Origin: an uncultured bacterium
GTDB lineage: Bacteria > Hydrothermota > UBA3072
Length of the DNA stretch: 44,880 bases
Direction: 5' to 3'
Assembly: GCA_964604245.1 (NCBI GenBank)
Contig: CAZRYJ010000003.1
Span: 1-44,880, forward strand
Part shown: positions 41,036 through 44,880 of the stretch, piece by piece
Layout: every line of letters starts with the position of its first letter
Numbering within the stretch: the first letter of the stretch is position 1
The notes under the pieces: model-generated
Told to the model about the DNA's origin: nothing
Databases searched by the model: none
What the model saw: only the letters and a program-made list of their open reading frames with translations
Translations under genes and position numbers: made by a program

Positions 41036-41064
41036 CTATGCTAATACCAAGAGGCGCTTATGTC
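41036..41064 (-). promoter_or_regulatory. putative internal promoter for mreBCD-mrdA
   Basis: On the minus strand: TTGACA (41064..41059), a 17-nt spacer, then TAGCAT (41041..41036). GGAGAAAGGAGG precedes the ATG. Confidence 0.45.
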
Positions 41065-41072
41065 AAGGGTTT

Positions 41073-42185
41073 CTAAGTAAATCCTAAAGATTTATATATA
41101 TTCATTGTTTTCTTTATCATTTTTTCATAGGAAAAATACTTTTCAACTCTTTCTCTTCCTTTTTCACCCATTTTCCTTCTCTCTTCCGAGTCTTTTATTA
41201 ATTCTTCCAACTTCTCAATATAGCCTTTTAAATCATCAGGAGATACTAGATACCCGGTTATCGAATCCAAAACTGCTTCAGCCGTTCCATCCACCGAAGA
41301 AGCAACTACAGGAAGACCAGAGGCCATCGCTTCTAAAACAGTTCTGGGTAATCCTTCCCATTTCGAAGGCAAAAAGAAAATATCCATACCCTTTAGTATT
41401 TTTGGAATATCTTCCTGCCAACCGGGAAATTTTATTCTTTTGCTATCACCTACTAACTTTTTGGTCTTATTTTTTAATGGCCCGTCTCCAACATATATAA
41501 ACTCAACTTCGGGATATTTGCTTACGACTTTTTTTGCTACTTTCGCCCAAATAAGCGGATTTTTTTGAGGTTTGAAGTTGGCAATTGTTCCTATGACAAT
41601 TTTTTTTCTTTTATTTTTCCCGGAAGAACTATTAAAATCGGAATAATTTATTGAATTTGCAATCCAGACAAGCCTATTTTTACTGCCTATTCCCCATTCC
41701 CTCAATCTATCAATGTGTACTCGTGCCTGGGTTATAATAACATCACCGAAGAAAGAGGAAATTCTCTCGGCATTCAAATATATAAACCTTTTAAAAACTT
41801 TGACATAGGGATTTATTGCAAAACCGTGAACCGTGTGTACAGAGTAAACAAAAGGCAGCGTCCCACAAATCAGTCTTCCGATTACACCTGCTTTGGACCC
41901 ATGAGTATGCAGGATTATTCTATCATATTTTTTATACAATTTAATCAAAAAAGTTCTTAATTTAAAAAAACAAATAATATCGCGTATCGGGGTTATTTCC
42001 CTTGTTAAACAAGAAAATGTTATATGTCTATTTTTAAATTCCTCTGTTACTTCGTCATAAAGGTTGCCGCCTTTTCCAGTTATTAGAATTCCCTTACCCT
42101 TCAGTTCTCGCATTAATTCTAAAACTCTTTTCTGAGCGCCTCCCAATTCTAATTTTGCCATACATTGAACGACTATTACTGACAT
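41073..42185 (-). CDS. glycosyltransferase family 4 (GT-B, RfaG-like)
   Basis: The C-terminal EGLPRTVLEAMASGLPVVAS (E-x7-E region) is typical of GT4. Confidence 0.85.
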   Translation of the reverse strand: MSVIVVQCMAKLELGGAQKRVLELMRELKGKGILITGKGGNLYDEVTEEFKNRHITFSCLTREITPIRDIICFFKLRTFLIKLYKKYDRIILHTHGSKAGVIGRLICGTLPFVYSVHTVHGFAINPYVKVFKRFIYLNAERISSFFGDVIITQARVHIDRLREWGIGSKNRLVWIANSINYSDFNSSSGKNKRKKIVIGTIANFKPQKNPLIWAKVAKKVVSKYPEVEFIYVGDGPLKNKTKKLVGDSKRIKFPGWQEDIPKILKGMDIFFLPSKWEGLPRTVLEAMASGLPVVASSVDGTAEAVLDSITGYLVSPDDLKGYIEKLEELIKDSEERRKMGEKGRERVEKYFSYEKMIKKTMNIYKSLGFT

Positions 42186-43441
42186 AATTCGAAAGCTAAC
42201 CTCCTACCTTCTAAAATGGATTCCTCCATATAGGAATATTCCCAATTTCCGAATCTTCCCGCTAAAGTAATATTATATTTTTTCAGAAAATCTTTTATTT
42301 CTTCAAGAATCTTTTCCCTGTTTTTATTGTAAATCGGATACGCATACGGAATATCAAGAAAAGAAACGTGCTCTATTGCTTCCTTCTTAAATAAACCTAT
42401 TTCTACTAAAGCTTTAATAACATCATCATTTATACTTTTATCCGGTTTATTTTCCCTGTAAGAAATCTCTATCCATATTGAAGAGTGATCATCCGGAGCC
42501 AACCTGGATGAAACATTAGAAAGAGAACCAATACGGTAAAAAGGAAATTTTGTTTCCGGGAAATATATCCAGTGGAATTCAGAAGGATTGAAATTATCTT
42601 TCCTTGTTTTTTTGACTAAGTTACCAAACGAGATTTCACCCTTAATACCAATATTTATACATAGAACGGAATTCCATACCAAATCTCCATCTCTTGACTC
42701 AAATTTTTTCCCATTTATACTAAACATTTTCAGAAGTTCCGGAAGAGGAATTGTTGAGATAAGATTGTCATACTTTATTTCTCCCGCGTCAAAATATACA
42801 TAATTCTTATCCATTTTCTTAACCTCACCATGGAAAATATCGATACCTTTGGAAAAAGAAGAAATAAGATCACCAATTCCCTTTTCCGGGTAAAGAAACT
42901 CTGCGTTGTATTCGATTGTTTCTTCCGAAGAATCAGGAAAAGTTCGCGGAACGTAACTCGCAAGAAAATCAGGTGAAATATCTTTTAGCGGATATCTCCA
43001 TAACTTTTCATTGTAAGGTAAAAAAAATATATTATACAATTCTCGACCAAAGTTATAAATAAACCAATCTTCGAGATTTTCAGGTTTTTTCTTACTTCTT
43101 AAAAAGTAACCCAATAATGATTTAATTCTGGACTTAGGAGGTAAATATTTTCTGTTTGATTGGATAGGATAAGGTATAATTCTTTTGTTCAAATATATAT
43201 ACGAATTTCGCTTAATTGTCTTAATATCGGGTATAAGTTTTCTCGCTAAGTTCCGAACATATGAAGTTTTGCAATGAAGAAAATGTCCGGTATAATTAAA
43301 AGTATACCCGTCAATATTTATATTACTACAGAGTCCACCAGGATTTTTTTCTCTCTCAATAATAGTAAAATCAATATTTTTTTCTTTAAGATAGTACGCA
43401 ATCGACAAGCCTGTGATACCTGCTCCGAGGATTACCGTCAA
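42176..43441 (-). CDS. FAD/NAD(P)-binding oxidoreductase, UDP-galactopyranose-mutase-like
   Basis: N-terminal VILGAGITGLSIAYYL dinucleotide fold. The C-terminal LAGRFGNWEYSYMEESI resembles the GR(L/F)xxYxYxNMD tail of Glf and amine-oxidase-like enzymes found in glycan loci. Confidence 0.65.
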   Translation of the reverse strand: MTVILGAGITGLSIAYYLKEKNIDFTIIEREKNPGGLCSNINIDGYTFNYTGHFLHCKTSYVRNLARKLIPDIKTIKRNSYIYLNKRIIPYPIQSNRKYLPPKSRIKSLLGYFLRSKKKPENLEDWFIYNFGRELYNIFFLPYNEKLWRYPLKDISPDFLASYVPRTFPDSSEETIEYNAEFLYPEKGIGDLISSFSKGIDIFHGEVKKMDKNYVYFDAGEIKYDNLISTIPLPELLKMFSINGKKFESRDGDLVWNSVLCINIGIKGEISFGNLVKKTRKDNFNPSEFHWIYFPETKFPFYRIGSLSNVSSRLAPDDHSSIWIEISYRENKPDKSINDDVIKALVEIGLFKKEAIEHVSFLDIPYAYPIYNKNREKILEEIKDFLKKYNITLAGRFGNWEYSYMEESILEGRRLAFELCQ

Positions 43442-44391
43442 GTTTTACTCCTGAAGATTATACCGAAAAAAACGAATATTAAGGTTGCAATCGAATACAG
43501 AATTATCGCGCCTTTAATACTAAGCCGTGTAATGATAAAAGCCGCTTCGCAAAGTGCTATTGTAGCCAGATATATTATGGCAATTACAGAAGGTGTGGGT
43601 AAACCGCTTGCTTTAAGTTTTAAAACGAAATGGTCATGAGAACCTCTAAGAGGGTTTCTTTTTTTTGCGATTCGAAGAACAACCACATAAGCTGTATCAA
43701 ACAAGGGTATAAAGAGAATAAGCAGCGGAACAAAGAATGCAATTGGGTTTGCATCCGTATATCTTGTTATTATAGCTAAAACGGAAAGCATATAACCGAG
43801 AAAAAGACTTCCGGAGTCACCCATAAAAATTTTTGCTTTTGGCAGATTAAAAGGCAAAAAACCAAGACAGCTTCCCGCAAGTGTGACGGCAACAATAGGA
43901 TATGTTCCACTCCCGGAAACCGAAATAAAAATAAAACTGAATGCCGCAAAAAAACCTACGCCAGCGGAAATACCATCCATTACGTCTATTATATTAAAAG
44001 CATTTGTTATTCCAACGATCCAGATTATAGATAAAACAATGTTAAGGTATTCAGGTAAAATTTTAACATTCATTCTTATTCCGGACCAGACTGTAAATAT
44101 AGCGATCAGAAATTGAAATAAAAGCTTTAAATATTTTGAATATGGACGTATATCATCAAAGAAACCAAGAAGAAAAATAGAAAAACCGAAGACCAATATT
44201 TTCCATTCATTAGTAAAAAAAGCGTAAGTCAAAGTTCCGAGGAAAATTGCAATACCACCACCATAAGGTGTTGGTTTCGAATGATCTTTAATCCCCTTCG
44301 GTCTGTCTATGAAACCTATTCTCGGAGCTACTTTTGAAAGTACGAATGATAAAAGAAAAGTAAGAACAAAGGCTATAGCAAAATAAATCAA
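43438..44391 (-). CDS. MraY/WecA-family polyprenyl-phosphate N-acetylhexosamine-1-phosphate transferase
   Basis: About 10 TM helices, with FDDI, NAFNIIDVMDG and MGDSGSLFLGY motifs. Confidence 0.85.
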   Translation of the reverse strand: MIYFAIAFVLTFLLSFVLSKVAPRIGFIDRPKGIKDHSKPTPYGGGIAIFLGTLTYAFFTNEWKILVFGFSIFLLGFFDDIRPYSKYLKLLFQFLIAIFTVWSGIRMNVKILPEYLNIVLSIIWIVGITNAFNIIDVMDGISAGVGFFAAFSFIFISVSGSGTYPIVAVTLAGSCLGFLPFNLPKAKIFMGDSGSLFLGYMLSVLAIITRYTDANPIAFFVPLLILFIPLFDTAYVVVLRIAKKRNPLRGSHDHFVLKLKASGLPTPSVIAIIYLATIALCEAAFIITRLSIKGAIILYSIATLIFVFFGIIFRSKT

Positions 44392-44467
44392 TTTTCACTC
44401 TCCCCGATCAATTTCAAGGTAAGGAAATTATTTTTTTTCTTCGATAAATCCATAATTTTTCTATCTA

Positions 44468-44495
44468 AATTTATGATTTTATGAAAATTAGTCAA
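44468..44495 (-). promoter_or_regulatory. putative promoter for the wecA-like operon
   Basis: On the minus strand: TTGACT (44495..44490), a 16-nt spacer, then TAAATT (44473..44468). Confidence 0.4.
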
Positions 44496-44510
44496 GGTAA
44501 ACATCATATT

Positions 44511-44556
44511 CTAACCACAAGATTCCACAGATTAGCACAAGATTTTTCTTGTTTTC
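44511..44556 (+). repeat. GATT-word element (TTTT-tail form)
   Basis: ctaaCCACaagattcCACagattagCACaagatttttcttgttttc. CAC occurs at 44516, 44526 and 44536. Confidence 0.8.
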
Positions 44557-44564
44557 GGACAAGA

Positions 44565-44623
44565 GACCAGCGACTAATGACCAGTGACCATATTTACTAA
44601 ATCCCAACCCCCAAATCCCAGAT
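44565..44623 (+). repeat. GACCAG word pair, then CCCAACCCCCAAATCCC module
   Basis: GACCAGcgactaatGACCAGtGACCAt ... ctAAATCCCAACCCCCAAATCCCagat. Confidence 0.55.
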
Positions 44624-44630
44624 ATTAATT

Positions 44631-44698
44631 TCACCGCAGAGACACAGAGAACACAGAGATATTGGGACGCAGATAAACGCAGATTTACAGGATTTTTT
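44631..44698 (+). repeat. CACAGAG element followed by a GAT-word triplet
   Basis: tCACcGCAGAGaCACAGAGaaCACAGAGatattgggaCGCAGATaaaCGCAGATttaCAGGATttttt. Confidence 0.8.
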
Positions 44699-44710
44699 CT
44701 TTTTTGTTTT

Positions 44711-44746
44711 GACACAAGACTCACTACGCACGACTCAAGACTCAAT
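44711..44746 (+). repeat. AAGACTCA word pair
   Basis: gacaCAAGACTCActacgcacgaCTCAAGACTCAat. Confidence 0.5.
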
Positions 44747-44781
44747 TACACACAGATTATCACAAGATTTTTTGTTGTTTT
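44747..44781 (+). repeat. GATT-word module (TTTTGTTG-tail form)
   Basis: tacaCACagattatCACaagattttttgttgtttt. Confidence 0.75.
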
Positions 44782-44784
44782 ATT

Positions 44785-44828
44785 CTAACTACTAACTTCC
44801 AACTTCTAGCTACTTCTTCTCACTTTTC
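44785..44828 (+). repeat. CTAAC/ACTTC word tract
   Basis: CTAACtaCTAACTTCcaACTTCtagctACTTCttctcACTTttc. Confidence 0.45.
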
Positions 44829-44862
44829 AAGGTCCAACCCCGTTTACACGTAAATTAAATGC

Positions 44863-44880
44863 TTGACATTTATATAAAAT
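44863..44880 (+). promoter_or_regulatory. -35 box of a plus-strand promoter cut by the window end
   Basis: gcTTGACAtttatataaaat has the same context (cTTGACAttta) as the promoters at 1978 and 36182. The -10 box would lie beyond 44880. Confidence 0.35.

Noticed and set aside
1877-44828. Possibility that the word repeats are a CRISPR array or CRISPR remnants.
   Set aside because: The units are 7-11 nt and degenerate. There are no unique spacers of regular length, the tracts are scattered over twelve loci, and no cas genes are present.
1-44880. Mobile genetic elements, prophage, toxin-antitoxin or known defence systems.
   Set aside because: I could recognise no transposase, integrase, recombinase, phage structural, restriction-modification, Cas, or toxin-antitoxin-like gene pair in any frame. 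The only duplication is the 210-nt gdhA leader.

Overview
AT-rich (about one-third G+C by eye) chromosomal segment from what looks like an uncultivated Gram-negative bacterium. Visible hallmarks are a T9SS-type C-terminal sorting domain, small beta-barrel outer membrane proteins (OMPs), an mreBCD-mrdA cluster and sigma70-like TTGACA-16/17-TATAAT promoters. An FCB-superphylum-like affiliation is only an inference. I call about 46 protein genes, one tRNA-Leu(GAG) and one candidate uORF. Most of the window is core housekeeping. It starts with ftsH(partial)-tilS. A roughly 10 kb tightly overlapping minus-strand string follows: rpsR-rplI-BFN nuclease-dtd-yicC-gmk-rpoZ-coaBC-udg-dnaB-ABC ATPase-radA-PIN/TRAM-ispD. 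The rest comprises gdhA, a plus-strand glycan block (DUF2905, two GT2, a polyprenyl-phosphate sugar transferase, a TPR protein), purE-purC, a T9SS cargo protein, mazG, pgeF, two small OMPs, and a wecA-like/UGM-like/GT4 trio upstream of mreBCD-mrdA. No transposase, integrase, CRISPR or recognisable defence genes are present. Five things are not routine. (1) Every long intergenic gap is filled with non-palindromic, strand-asymmetric 'RCCAC-word' direct-repeat mosaics: a GATT family with exact 10-nt phasing, plus CACAGAG/CACAAAG and CACGAA families in a recurring module order. I do not recognise these as a described element class. (2) A four-gene translationally coupled operon combines a NuoE-like protein, a NuoF::GltD fusion and a 2Fe-2S/4Fe-4S protein (a HydABC/Bfu- or Stn-like core) with a lone GltB-type FMN subunit, next to gdhA. 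(3) About 210 nt of the gdhA promoter, 5'UTR and first ~17 codons is duplicated in front of that operon. The copy creates a 19-codon uORF whose stop overlaps the nuoE-like ATG, and both copies share a conserved palindrome upstream of -35. (4) Two tandem coiled-coil proteins carry degenerate GGDEF motifs but keep RxxD I-sites. (5) Ribosomal protein L9 carries a ~115-aa acidic tail built from a 2 x 126-bp tandem repeat. All functional calls rest on motif recognition by eye; no searches were run.
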